Assembly (NCBI RefSeq): GCF_006345805.1
Contig: NC_043011.1
Coordinates: 5,146,001 to 5,210,000, forward strand
Length of the DNA stretch: 64,000 nucleotides
Direction of reading: 5' to 3'
From: Octopus sinensis
Lineage: Eukaryota
Of this stretch, positions 1 to 11,627 are shown one piece after another; position 1 is the stretch's first letter, and the number at the start of each line of letters is the position of its first letter. The notes beneath the pieces are model-generated. The model had not been told where the DNA came from, searched no databases, and was given only the letters and a program-made list of their open reading frames with translations. Position numbers and translations under genes: made by a program.

Positions 1-254
1 TAAATGTGGTTAATTAGTAAAAAATGACCATCCCCAAGTATAATAATATCTATTTCAGTACATATTTTCACATCAAGAATCTTGCAAAACAATTACATAA
101 ATATATAAATATATATGATGAATTAGTATCTTTATCGGATAACCTTAGTATGTGATAACCTTAGTATATGTGTGTGTTGATAACACCTGGATGAAGGCAC
201 TTCTTTTCCATTCACCAAAGTGAATGAAGCTTTGGTCAGGTGTAACTGATGTCA

Positions 255-624
255 TCAGTCAGTGTCCAATTATAAGTCGGATGTTTCAACCTTAAGCCGT
301 AACACCCTCCCATTGGTAGGTCAGCAGGGGTTGCCAAATCACTGTTTCTCATCTCTTCCTGGCTTCCAGCTTAACTCCTCTCTTTTGCTCCACAACCAGC
401 AAGAGACCCTATTTGCTACCCTTCGCTCCTTTATCCTCCCTACTGACTGAGCAGGGAATCCCCTACAGCTGACACCAACTGGCAAAAGCCATTACTGCCA
501 CCCTTCTTGCTGCAATCCTGCAGAAGGATCTTGTACTTGGCATACTTCAATTTGTAGGCCTTATCACATACTTCTTCCCACAGGACTGTAAGCTTGATCA
601 AGATTATTTATGACCCCAGACATC
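255..624 (-). mobile_element. 3' fragment of a non-LTR retrotransposon with restriction-like endonuclease (Hero/NeSL-like)
   Basis: Minus translation IILIKLTVLWEEVCDKAYKLKYAKYKILLQDCSKKG..LLPVGVSCRGFPAQSV...RVSCWLWSKREELSWKPG matches the ELTVPWEE..KY..PVEVGCRGF..SWLW RLE pattern; degenerate. Confidence 0.7.
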
Positions 625-648
625 TATATATATATATATATATATATA

Positions 649-1545
649 CAAGGGGGTACCCAAAAGTAACCAGAAACATTCTCTGTGGGACAAATCCACT
701 GTAGTTCAGGCTTCTGCAGCTAGAAGCCACTTGATGCAACCCTCAGGCATCAGTCTGCTGACAGGTGTCATCAGGTGAAGTCCTACTGCCAAATGGCACA
801 TCTTTGTTTTGCAGTGCTTCTCCCCTGTTCATCAATTTTTGCAATGACTGAAACAAAGGAACAGCATGCTTCCATGAAATTCTGTTTTCTGCTGAAGAAA
901 ACAGTGGCCGAAACAGTTGTCAAGCTTCAAATAGATTACAAGGACGCACGCAAGTTTACAAGTGGTTTCCATGCCTTAGGAATGGTCACTTGTCGCTTGA
1001 AGACCAACCTCATTCAGGGCAACTGTCAACCTCCCAAATGAATGAAAACATCATGAAAATTCATGAACTGATCTTGGAGGACTGTCACTGAACAACTGAT
1101 GAACTTGTTGATATGACTGCTGTGCCCCACAGCTTCTACCAATGAACTTTGAGTTAGGGTTTGTGAACGAAAAGGGTTGACACAAAATTTGTGGTTTGCT
1201 TGCTCATGGAAGACCAAAAGCAGTCACGACTGAATGTGTATTGTGAACTGAAAGAATAGTTGGAAGTTGATCTGGACCCTTTTTTTGAAGGTCATCACTG
1301 ATGACGGAAGCTGGTGCTATGGAATTTGCAGATGTGGAAGAGGTGAAGAAAAAAAAAATGAAAGGGGCATTAAAAGGCATCACTTCGCAAGAGTTCCAAC
1401 ACTGCTTCGAATAGTGGAAAACACACCTGGACAGATGCATTGCTTCAAATGAAGAATACTTTGAAGGTGATAAAAGTGTAAACATATAAAACTAAGTGAA
1501 TGGAATAATATTGCAAAATTCTGGTTTCTTTTGGGTTCCCCGTTG
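649..1545 (+). mobile_element. Internally deleted mariner element (copy 1)
   Basis: 27-bp TIRs caagggggtacccaaaagtaaccagaa / ttctggtttcttttgggttccccgttg. Transposase N-terminus MTETKEQHASMKFCFLLKKT..KVIT.D.SWCYG is joined directly to the C-terminal FADVEEVKK..LKGITSQEFQHCFE..CIASNEEYFEGD; stops and frameshifts present. Confidence 0.9.
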
Positions 1546-2010
1546 TGTACATATTTCACATCCAAGTATCTATGACCCCTCTCTGAACAGATGAGTTGTA
1601 ACAGCTGGCCATGCTTCAAAAAATATAAAACCAAATATATCTATATATACATATCATCATCATTATCATCAACTTTTCCATGAGTCAGAACGATGATGCG
1701 GCAGATTTTCAACAGCTGGATGCTCACCTGTTCGCCAGACAGATAATATTTCCACCTGGTCAATATATGTTTCTGTAGGAGATTGCAAATAAACAGCACT
1801 GCTCGTATGACAACGATCTTTAGTTAAAACTAGTATGAGATGTCAAAACACAGGAAGTATAACACACACACAGAGACAATTTTTTTTACCTTTTATTTGT
1901 TTCAGTCTTTCGAATGCTGCCATGTTGGGGCACCACCTTGAAGGATTTAGATCAGGAATTGATACTCAACCATTTTTTACCTATGGTCTCCTCTGATTAC
2001 TATTTTATTC

Positions 2011-2305
2011 TAGTGGATTCCCATAACCATTTGATGTTTAAAAACTAGTTTTATGGATACTTATTTCAAATTTCCTATTTTGTGTTTCACACATTAACTT
2101 GTGTAGTTTGAACTCTGTAAAATGTTGGAGAAAGAAGCCTAGCTGTTTCTTCCAATACATACCAATACAAACATCTAAAGCAAAATATTTTCAGGGGTCC
2201 TTAAAATACTGTTGTGGACCTACAATATATTATTTTGTTGTGTGGACTCCCAAAAATTATATATGGACCCTCAGGGGCCATACAGACCCCAGTTGAGAGC
2301 TACTG
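2011..2305. mobile_element. hAT-type MITE (degenerate)
   Basis: Ends tagtggattccc.../...gttgagagctactg resemble CAGTGGTTCTCAAC TIRs, and the internal ggacc..ggggcc motifs are shared with 31130-31346 and 46045-46825. TSD match is weak. Confidence 0.5.
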
Positions 2306-2405
2306 GTTTAAAGGAACAAATGAAGGCCATTACATATATTTTTAAACATGATGTTTACTCTATCAGTCTCTTTTGCAGAACCTTAAGGATCTTGGTCCTT
2401 CTTTT

Positions 2406-2443
<38 letters not shown>

Positions 2444-2565
2444 TAAGTGGGATGACCACTAAGTGGACATCTATTATGCTAGAAGTAGACCCCCTATAGT
2501 CTTACCACTAAGAAAGGATTGTTCTCAAGAAAATTTGGCGTTTGCTAAATTTTCTTGATAAGAAT

Positions 2566-2744
2566 CCTGGAGCACCACTTTTAGTCGAGCAAACTGACCC
2601 CAGGACTTATTCTTTGTAAGCCTAGTACTTATTCTATCAGTACTTTTGCTGAACCACTAAGTTAAGGGGACGTAAACACGCCAGCATCAGTTGTGAAGCG
2701 ATGTTGGGGGGGACAAACACATACATACATACATGATGATGATG

Positions 2745-2813
<69 letters not shown>

Positions 2814-2982
2814 TATGTTTATATATATACAACGGGCTCCTTTCAGTTTTCATCTACCAAATCCACTCACAAGGCTTTGGTCGACCTGAGGCTATAGTAG
2901 AAGACACTTGCCCAAGGTGCCACACAGTAGGATTGAATTCAGAACCATGTGATTGGTAAGCACCACACAGCCACTCCTGCGC
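2566..2982 (-). mobile_element. SINE family A (tRNA-derived head, internal TA/TG microsatellite)
   Basis: Reverse complement of the consensus ggcgcaggagtggctgtgtggtaag...ggttcagtccc...aagtaaaagag seen intact at 3823 and 59604. Confidence 0.85.
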
Positions 2983-3054
2983 ATATATGTACATATATGT
3001 GTGAGGCCCAAGGTGGCAGGTAATGCTATGTAAGTGCTATGGAAGGGCCGTAGT

Positions 3055-3425
3055 TAAACTCTTGGTTTGATAATGATATGAGTGAGGAGTCTAACGCGGG
3101 TCTTATATGAGCATGTATATGTTAAATAAAAGGAGATAACGAAGCCAAGGGTGTATGGAATTTTCAGGACGTTTATAAAGAGAAAGTTAGTCTTACAGCT
3201 GTTTCTCGGATGTTAGGGATATCCCTTCATCAGAGACGATGTGTGATGGTTAAATAGAGGGAAATATTAGAGTTCAATATGAGGAGTTACTTTGGAAAAG
3301 GGTGCAAATAAGGAGTATATAGGGAAATAGAAGAATGAATGTAGAAATAGAAATAAATAAAAGTGTATAAAAATGTTATAGTTGCAGTTCCATTATCCAA
3401 GGACATTATCTCACTTTATTCAACA
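3055..3425 (-). mobile_element. Penelope-like (PLE) terminal fragment with hammerhead-like motif at 3190-3237
   Basis: Minus: GTCT CTGATGA A GGGAT...ATCC GA GAAA C AGCT G TA AGAC. A related copy lies at 22685-22990. PLE assignment is inferred from the motif, not from a protein match. Confidence 0.55.
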
Positions 3426-3426
3426 T

Positions 3427-3511
<85 letters not shown>

Positions 3512-3514
3512 CTA

Positions 3515-3549
<35 letters not shown>

Positions 3550-3599
3550 CATCATCATCATCATCAGCGGACGTTAAACGATGATGATGATGATGATGA

Positions 3600-3682
<83 letters not shown>

Positions 3683-3703
3683 GATATATATATATATATA
3701 TAT

Positions 3704-3743
<40 letters not shown>

Positions 3744-3820
3744 TATATAGTATATATATATATATATATAGTATATATATATATAGTATATATATATATA
3801 GTATATATATATATATATAT
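3425..3820. repeat. (TA)n / (ATC)n compound microsatellite
   Basis: Direct reading. Confidence 0.95.
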
Positions 3821-3822
3821 AA

Positions 3823-4231
3823 GACGCAGGAGTGGCTGTGTGGTAAGTAGCTTGCTAACCAACCACATTGTTGCGGGTTCAGTCCCACTGCGTGGCATCT
3901 TGGGCAAGTGTCTTCTGCTATAGCCCCGGGCCGACCAATGCCTTGTGAGTGGATTTGGTAGACGGAAACTGAAAGAAGCCTGTCGTATATATGTATATAT
4001 ATATATATGTGTGTGTGTGTGTTTGTGTGTCTGTGTTTGTCCCCCTAGCATTGCTTGACAACCGATGCTGGTGTGTTTACGTCCCCGCCACCTAGCGGTT
4101 CGGCAAAAGAGACCGATAGAATAAGTACTAGGCTTACAAAGAATAAGTTCCGGGGTCGATTTGATCGACTAAAGGCGGTGCTCCAGCATGGCCGCAGTCA
4201 AATGACTGAAACAAGTAAAAGAGTAAAAGAG
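3823..4231 (+). mobile_element. SINE family A, full length
   Basis: A-box-like tggctgtgtgg, B-box-like gggttcagtccc, internal (TA)n(TG)n, tail aagtaaaagag repeat. Confidence 0.9.
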
Positions 4232-4256
4232 AGAGAGAGAATATATATATATATAT

Positions 4257-4290
<34 letters not shown>

Positions 4291-4304
4291 GATATATAAA
4301 GAAA

Positions 4305-4700
4305 TGGCTGTGTGGTAAGAAGCTTGCTTCCCAACCACATGGTTCTGGTTTCAGTCCCACTGCGTGGCACCTTGCGCAAGTGCCTTCTACTATAGCCTCA
4401 GGCCGACCAAAGCCTTGTGAGTGGATTTGGTAGGCAGAAACTGTAAGAAGGCGGTAAGCTGGCAGAAACGTTAGCATGCCAGGCAAAATGCTTAGAGGTA
4501 TTTTGTCTGCCATTATGTTCTGAGTTCAAAATCCGCCGAGGTCGACTTTGCCTTTCATCTTTTCAGGGTCGGTAAATAAAGTACCAGTTATGCACTGGGG
4601 TCGATATAATCAACTTAATCCCTTTGTCTGTCCTTGTTTGTCCCCTCTATGTTTAGCCCCTTGTGGGCAATAAAGAAATAAGAAACTGTAAGAAGCCCGT

Positions 4701-4731
<31 letters not shown>

Positions 4732-4915
4732 ATGTTCGTGTGTCCTTGTGTCAGTTTGTCCCCCCCCCCACCACTGCTTGACAACCGATGTAGGTGTGTT
4801 TGTGTCCCTGTAACTTAGCAGTTCAGCAAAAGAGACTGATAGAATAAGTATCAGGCTTACAAACAATAAGTCTAGGGGTTGATTTGTCTGACCACAGTCA
4901 AACAACTGAAACAAA
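4305..4915 (+). mobile_element. SINE family A interrupted by a SINE B insertion
   Basis: The 5' half ends and the 3' half resumes at the duplicated 14-mer gaaactgtaagaag (4437-4450 and 4682-4695). Confidence 0.85.
4451..4681 (+). mobile_element. SINE family B (tRNA-like head), nested in SINE A
   Basis: ggcggtaagctggcagaaacgttagc...gagttcaaa..ccgccgaggtcgactttgcctttcatc...tail aaagaaata; 14-bp TSD. Confidence 0.9.
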
Positions 4916-4919
4916 CAAA

Positions 4920-4954
<35 letters not shown>

Positions 4955-4964
4955 TATACACATG

Positions 4965-5340
4965 CATATACAAGAAGATAATTATGGACAACTGCTTCGA
5001 AACCTCCAGCTTCTATATCTGGATTACAAGCATACATTTCTGGCAATAATAACTGGAGCACCTGGTTTTGTAAGTAAATGCCTAACTGTCAGTCTCAATA
5101 AACCTGGATTTTCACAAAAAGAAATCAACCAACCAACCCACACAATACAAATACAATCTGTAAGTAGAACGGTAAAACTATGCAAGACTTTTCCCAGGTT
5201 TAAGATGTGACATTGTTTTTTTGTTATCTACATTCCAATGATGGAGCTTTGTATCTTCGTTGGAAACCAGCTCCTTCTTTGGAGGAAGAATTTATATGAT
5301 TAAAAGCAGAAGAGAAACATACATACACATATATAAACAC
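4965..5340 (+). mobile_element. 3' end of an RLE-type non-LTR retrotransposon
   Basis: EDNYGQLLRNLQLLYLDYKHTFLAIITGAPGFVSKCLTVSLNKPGFSQKEIN..IQIQSVSRTVKLCKTF resembles the KY..L..PI..GA.G..LGF..LQ..S..GT.KI.K RLE C-terminus; followed by a 3' UTR and CATA repeats. Confidence 0.6.
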
Positions 5341-5920
5341 ACACACTTATGTATGTACATACATACACATATATAAATATACATGCATACACACACACAC
5401 ACATGTATGTACATACATACACATATATAAATATACATGCATACACACACACACACACATACTTAATCACTATCTCATTAAGTAAGAGCAGATCTAATGA
5501 TCTGCTCATGTTTAATCCCTGTCTTCTTAATTATACCTGATTAAGGAGGGATTGCATTACCTTAGATACGCAACATCCCACAAACTGTCCCCCACTCCCC
5601 TTCAGGGATCCATCAGTCCCTTTCCATTGCCTTCTCAACAACTCATCACTCATGCCTTCTGCTGCCATCTAACATTACAGTGTATATTGCCAACCTCAGT
5701 TCCCTCTCCTTCAGATCACTAACTACAGTCTTTTGACTTACTACTAATCATTTTCATGACTTATATTACCCTCACTGTACCTTGTAGGCAGGCCCTCTCT
5801 TTCTATCACCAACTGTCCTTCGTCTCTCTCTCGCTCTCTCTCTAACACTTCCCCACCATTCTCTCTTTTCTTATCCTAGAATCTCCTTGAGCCAGGTAAG
5901 AGGGCTACCTCTGTCCCCGA

Positions 5921-6509
5921 TACCTATTTCTTTATTACCCACAAGGGGCTAAACATAGAGGGGACAAACAAGGACAGACATAGGTATTAAGTCGATTACA
6001 TCGACCCCAGTGTGTAACTGGTACTTATTTAATCGACCCTGAAAGGAGGAAAGGCAAAGTCGACCTCGGCGGAATAACACTGAGCACCTCTTCAAACTCC
6101 ACCCATCTAACACCCGTGGACATATTCACAAAGTAAGAAAACAGCACAGCTCCCATGACTTCAGGAAACATTTTTTCACGCTGAGAGTTGCTGAAGCGTG
6201 GAACAAACTGCCGGCATCGGTTGTTAGTTGTCGGAGCACTGCATCCTTCAAGACTTCCATGCTTCCTGAGATTCGCCAACACTACACTTGATTTTATCCC
6301 CTCCATACACACACAAGCATGTTCACTTTCCAGACATTTCTACATTACTGCATGTACTTTATATGCACTTTCTGACAAGTTGTGGTGCACCTGAGCACTG
6401 TATACAATAATTTCATTATTATTATATTATATTGAACTCAGAACGTTAAGACAGACGAAATACTGCTAAGTATTTCGCCCGGTGTGCTAACGATTCTGCT
6501 AGATCACCT
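5921..6509 (-). mobile_element. SINE family B split by a CR1 fragment
   Basis: B sequence breaks at ggcggaat| (6075) and resumes ttgaactcagaacg at 6432. Confidence 0.85.
6076..6431 (+). mobile_element. CR1-clade LINE 3' end
   Basis: SNTRGHIHKVRKQHSSHDFRKHFFTLRVAEAWNKLPASVVSCRSTASFKTSM* is the CR1 TRGH..FF..RV...WN.LP..FK motif; (ATT)n tail; near-identical copy at 28186-28715. Confidence 0.9.
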
Positions 6510-6584
6510 CTGTCCCAATACCATACTCTAATCTCTCGGTTCCACTCCCTCTCTCAGTCAGGAGGGCCTTGTCTTGTGAATTCA

Positions 6585-6745
6585 TGAAGGCTGGTGCTAT
6601 GTAAAAGACACATGTGCTGGTGCCACATATAAAAAAGCAGCTCTGTTGGTGCCATGTAAAAGAGCACCTGTGCTGGTGCCACAATTAAAGCACTTGTGCT
6701 GGTGCCATGTAAAAGTGAACCCCTGTTGGTACCATGAAAAAGTAC
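6585..6745 (+). repeat. Minisatellite of about 27-31 bp units related to family C modules
   Basis: Six tandem tg(c/t)tggtgcca....aaaagcac-like units. Confidence 0.7.
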
Positions 6746-6905
6746 CAAGTACATTCTGTAAAGTGGTTGTGTCATGGCTTAGAAAGCACTTTTCTAATGG
6801 CTGACAATAGTTGCTTTGACTCTTATTTCTAGCAATGCTGGTACTTACTACCACCCTCCATCAAGTTAGTGATGACTGGCTTGTATAGGCATATATACAA
6901 GTATA

Positions 6906-7273
6906 CGTGGCACTCCGTCGGTTACAACAATGAGGGTTCCAGTTGATCCGATCAACGGAACAGCCTGCATGTGAAATTAATGTGCAAGTGGCTGATCACT
7001 CCACAGACACGTGTACCCTTAACGTAGTTCCCGGGGAGATTCAGCGTGACACAGAGAGTGACAAGGCTGGCCCCTTTCAAATACAGGTACAACAGAAACA
7101 GGAAGGAAGAGTGAGAGGAAGTTGTGGTGAAAGAGTACAGCAGGGTTCACCACCACCCCCTGGCGGAACCTTGTGGAGCTTTAGGTGTTTACGCTCAATA
7201 AACACTCACAACGCCCGGTCTGGGAATCGAAACCGCAAGTCCGCTGCCCTAACCACTGGGCCATTGCGCCTCC
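6906..7273 (-). mobile_element. SINE family D (tRNA-derived), full length
   Basis: Minus head ggaggcgcaatggcccagtggttagggcagcggac; flanks share atatatacaagtata (probable TSD). Head-only copies at 49467-49590 (+) and 58320-58506 (-). Confidence 0.85.
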
Positions 7274-7487
7274 ATATTATATATATACAAGTATATATGC
7301 ATGGTTTCCACAGCTGGATGTCCTTCTTAATACCAATCACTTTACAGAGTGGATGCTTGTTACGTGACACCAGCATCAGTATCAATTCAGCTGTGGTGGA
7401 CCCAGCTTCTTGACTACAGCAAGATGTCAGATGTCTCAGTCCTTTGTCATCTCCTTTGCAGCACTCAATGTCTTGAGATTGGCCTCT

Positions 7488-7694
7488 GTGTGTGTATGTG
7501 TGTGTTCGTTTGTGTGTGCGTGTTTGTGTATGCATGTATGTGTGTGTATGTATGTATGTATGTATGTATGTATGTATGTTGTATGTATGTATGTATGTAT
7601 GTATGTATGTATGCATGCATGCATGTATGTATGCATGTATGTATGTATGTATGTGTGTATGTATGTGTGTGTGTGTATGTATATATGTATGTGT

Positions 7695-7741
<47 letters not shown>

Positions 7742-7755
7742 AACACACACACACA
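7488..7755. repeat. (ATGT)n/(GT)n microsatellite
   Basis: Direct reading. Confidence 0.95.
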
Positions 7756-8162
7756 CATGCATAATCATAATACTAGCCGCAGTGGAAGAAATGGAGGGGT
7801 TTTCACAGTTACTTGACTTCAAGGTTTACATTATTCAAAACTAAACTTATTCAAAACAACTTTTTATCTTTATTTGGAAATTGTATAAATATTTGATGAA
7901 AGCAAGTTCTAGGAAAATAAAAAAAATTAATTTTCTAATGTTTAAATCAATATTTACTTATTCAAATATCAGAGCATTAATACTTTATAAACCTTACTTT
8001 CATCAAATGCTTACAGAGGTATCAGATTACAAATACAGATGAAATGTTTTGAGTTAGAAGCAAGTCAGAACTTAGTGAAAACAACTGAGAAAAGCCCCAG
8101 TTTTTCTCTTTTTTTTGTTTTTATAACTGCATGCTTTTTCTTCCATTTGTATTAACAAGGAT

Positions 8163-8608
8163 AGCTGGTCCCTCCACTGGGTCAACATTTGGAAGGCTCT
8201 CCTCCTCCCATTCATTCTCCCACAAGCACCATCCGAACGTGGCCGATGCTAGTGCCGCCTTGACTGGCTTCTGTGCTGGTGGGCACATGACCTGCTGTGC
8301 TTGAGGAGACCTATTGAGTCAAGTACACCAACATCAAAATGAATATCAAATGGAAATTGTAGTTGTGATACATGTGCCGGTGGCACGTAAAAAGCACCAA
8401 CCGATTGTGGCTGCTGCCAGCCTTCCCTGGCACGTAAAAAGCACCCACTACACTCACAGAGTAGTTGGCGTTAGGAAGGGCATCCAGCTGTAGAAACACT
8501 GCCAGATCAGACTGGAGCCTGGTGCAGCCTCCTGGCTTCACAGACCCTGGTCGAACCGTCCAACCCATGCCAGCATGGAAAACGGACGTTAAACGATGAT
8601 TATGATGA
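8163..8608 (+). mobile_element. Family C retroposon (RTE-type 3' tail, (ATG)n end) with 15-bp TSD
   Basis: TSD tgtattaacaaggat at 8148-8162 and 8609-8623; tail gttggcgttaggaagggcatccagctgtagaaa...ggacgttaaacgatgat. Confidence 0.9.
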
Positions 8609-8654
8609 TGTATTAACAAGGATGTGTGTGTATGTGTATACACATCCATATATA

Positions 8655-9182
8655 TATATATTTATTCTCTTTTACTTGTTTCAGTTCTTTCACTGTGGCC
8701 TGTGGCCATGCTGGAGCATCGCCTTTAGTGAAACAAATCAACCCCAGGACTTATCCTTTGTAAGCCTAGTACTTATTCTATCAGTCTCTTTTGCTGAAGC
8801 GCTAAGTTACAGGGACGTAAACACACCAACATCCATTGTCAAGCAATGGTGGTGGTGGTGGTGGGAGGGGGGGACAAACACAGACACACAAATACATATT
8901 CTTTTATTCTTTGATTTGCTTCAGTCATTTGACTGCAGCCATGCTGGGGCACCGCCTTTAGTTGAGCAATCGACCCCAGGACTTATTCTTTGTAAGCCTA
9001 GTACTTATATATATATATATATATACGAGGGGCCTCCTTCAGTTTCTGTCTACCAAATCCATTCACAAGGCTTTGGTCGGCCCAAGGTTATAGTAGAAGA
9101 CACTTGCCCAAGGTGTCATGCAGTGGGACTGAACCCGGAACCATGTGGTTCGTAAGCAAGCTACTTACCACACAGCCACTAC
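8655..9182 (-). mobile_element. Two overlapping SINE A fragments
   Basis: Two 3' tails followed by one head on the minus strand. Confidence 0.75.
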
Positions 9183-9358
9183 TATATATATATATACAGG
9201 AACTTAGTTTGATTTGAAAACCCCACTAGAATGGGAGAAAGCGCTAATGATCTATGTGATATGATATATATATAAAAAATGTAATATACAAATAAATATC
9301 TGTAAATATAAACCATCCGATCTTCTGAGTACCTCATTTCTTCTAATATATATATATA

Positions 9359-9595
9359 CAGGGTAGCCCAAAAGTAGGCTTACAGTTATTCAACTATTTC
9401 TTTCGCATTGATATATTAGCAGTTTAGATCTTAATTATAAAAAAAATATGAAACCATTGTTCTATGCTAATTTAGTTAATTTTGTTAAGCTCCCTTTTCA
9501 GTTTGTAAAATAGAAATTTAAATGTAATAAAATGTTTTAAAAGAAATTTAAAGTGCCTTCATGATAACTGTTAAACCAACTTTTGCGTCACCCTG
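9359..9595. mobile_element. Tc1/mariner-type MITE
   Basis: TA-flanked imperfect TIRs cagggtagcccaaaagtaggcttacagtt / aactgttaaaccaacttttgcgtcaccctg. Confidence 0.75.
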
Positions 9596-9599
9596 TATA

Positions 9600-10636
9600 T
9601 ATGATGGGCTTCTTACAGTTTCCATCTGCCAAATCCATTCACAAGGCTTTGGTCAGCCCGAGGCTATAGCAGAAGACACTCGCCCAAGGTGCCACACAGT
9701 GGGACTGAACCTGGAACCATATGGTTGGGAAGTAAGCTTCTCACCACACAGCCACTCTTATCTTTTATCTTTTACTTTTTTCTGTAGTTTGACTGCAGCC
9801 ATTCAGGGGGTTTAGTCGAACAAATCACCCTGAAGAGTTTAGTGAAACAAACTGACCCCGGTACTTATTCTATCAGTGACTTTTGCTGAACCACTAAGTT
9901 ATGGGGACATAAACAAACCAACACCAACAGTCTAGTGTTCTTGAGGGACAAACACAAGCACACACACAGATATATACATATACTCACACACACACACATA
10001 TATGTTTGTGACGGGCTTCTTTCAGTTTCCATCTCGTAAGATTTTGATTGACCTGAGGCTATAGCAGACACCCAAGGTGCCACACAGTGGGACTGAACCA
10101 AAAACCCCGTGGTTGGGAGGCAACCATCTTACCACACTGTTACGCCTGCACTTATGTATTTATGTCATGTGTGTGTGTGTGTGTGTGTGTGCATACTTGA
10201 ATGCATGCATATGTGTGTGTGTTTGTGTGAAGTTTCTGACCTCATTTTTCTTTTTTTTCTTTTTTACTTGTTTCAGTCATTTGACTGCGGCCATGCTGGA
10301 GCACCGCCTTTAGTCGAGCAAATCGACCCAGGGACTTATTCTTTGTAAGCCCAGTACTTATTCTATCGGTCTCTTTTTGCCGAACCGCTAAGTAACGGGG
10401 ACATAAACATACCAGCATCGGTTGTCAAGCAATGCTAGGGGGACAAACACACACACAGACACACATATATATATACATATATACGACAGGCTTCTTTCAG
10501 TTTCCGTCTACCAAATCCACTCACAAGGCATTGGTCGGCCCGAGGCTATAGTAGAAGACACTTGCCCAAGGTGCCACACAGTGGGTCTGAACCCGGAACC
10601 ATGTGGTTGGTAAGCAAGCTACTTACCACACAGCCA
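9600..10636 (-). mobile_element. Cluster of three SINE A copies or fragments
   Basis: Repeated A heads ending near 9757, 10148 and 10636. Confidence 0.8.
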
Positions 10637-10771
10637 TGTGTGTGTGTTTGTGTGAAGTTTTTGACCTCATGATCATGTGGACAACAGTCCAACACTTTAA
10701 CAGCACAGACATAGAGACACACAAGCAAACAAATCACTATGTAACCAAAGAAATTCCATGGTGCTACTTAC

Positions 10772-10874
10772 TATTTCTGCACCTTCTGTAGCTAGTAAAG
10801 TCTGTAGTTGCGTTGAGGTACAAGCTTGTGGTACAGGGACACTCTTTGTGTTAAGTATTGAACCAATGTCAAAC
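10772..10874 (-). CDS. MTFMT: MTFMT coding exon 5 (103 nt); gene continues toward lower coordinates
   Basis: ctcttgtctttttcctcag|G TTT GAC ATT GGT...GAA ATA|gtaagt gives FDIGSILNTKSVPVPQACTSTQLQTLLATEGAEI, containing the conserved D.G motif and in phase with the previous exon. Confidence 0.93.
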
Positions 10875-11319
10875 CTGAGGAAAAAGACAAGAGTGACTGT
10901 CAGGTGTATTGCTACCAGGTGATTTTTACCAGGTGATTTTGACAAAGCTGTTGGAGCTGAATATTTTAAATAACAATTGCACAATGAGGCAATCCTTTCA
11001 TCATCTGTTAATTCTAAATCACAATTTTTAGCACCTTCCAACAGTGTTATTTCCTCCAACATTGCCAAACAATATTGTTGGAAGCAGCAACAGTCTTGGC
11101 TTTTTTTGGGCCTACACTGTAAACACACATTTACTCTCCATTATTCATGCAGTTACCACAACATATTAGGTGCAGCTGTAACTGCACCAAACATGCAATA
11201 TCATATTTATTCATGTAAAATATGAAACCTTTTTGGCAAGAAAATATGATTGTGTGAGTTCCACAATGTTAACCTTATGATAAGAGAAGAGAATTTTTAT
11301 GACACCGCCTGACTGACCC

Positions 11320-11515
11320 TTGTGGCACGTAAAAAGCACCCACTACACTATCAGAGTGGTTGTCATTAGGAAGGGGATCCAGCAGTAGAAACTCTGCCAG
11401 ACCAGATTGGAGAGCTTGGTGCAGTCATCTGCTTCGCCAGATCTGTCAATTTGTCCAACCCATGCTAGCATGGAAAGCGGACGTTAAACGACGACGATGA
11501 TGATGATGATGATGA
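11320..11515 (+). mobile_element. Family C, 5' truncated
   Basis: gtggcacgtaaaaagcacccactacac...ggacgttaaacgacgacgatg. Confidence 0.85.
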
Positions 11516-11627
11516 TTGGTAAATGTTCAAAGGTCACTTTCAAATCTGCTTTTTGTTTCACACAGGCTGTATTAGCTTTTACAATGTATTTTATACAGCT
11601 ATTAATAAATCTGACAAAACACACCAT

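Noticed and set aside
3823-3900. tRNA-like sequences at SINE heads (also 4451, 7273, 38982, 45422, 49467, 59604)
   Set aside because: A/B-box-like motifs without a complete cloverleaf, continuing into SINE bodies; not tRNA genes.
5100-5290. Minus-strand LKPG...LYLYCVGW resembling a late MTFMT exon
   Set aside because: Contains an in-frame TAG, and the plus strand is better explained as an RLE LINE C-terminus.
6585-6745. Regularly spaced repeats as a CRISPR-like array
   Set aside because: Degenerate tandem units without unique spacers, eukaryotic context, no cas genes.
10875-11128. Cys-rich upstream part of the 143-aa ORF 10697-11128
   Set aside because: Only 10772-10874 matches MTFMT and has the right phase; the rest is intron that happens to be open.
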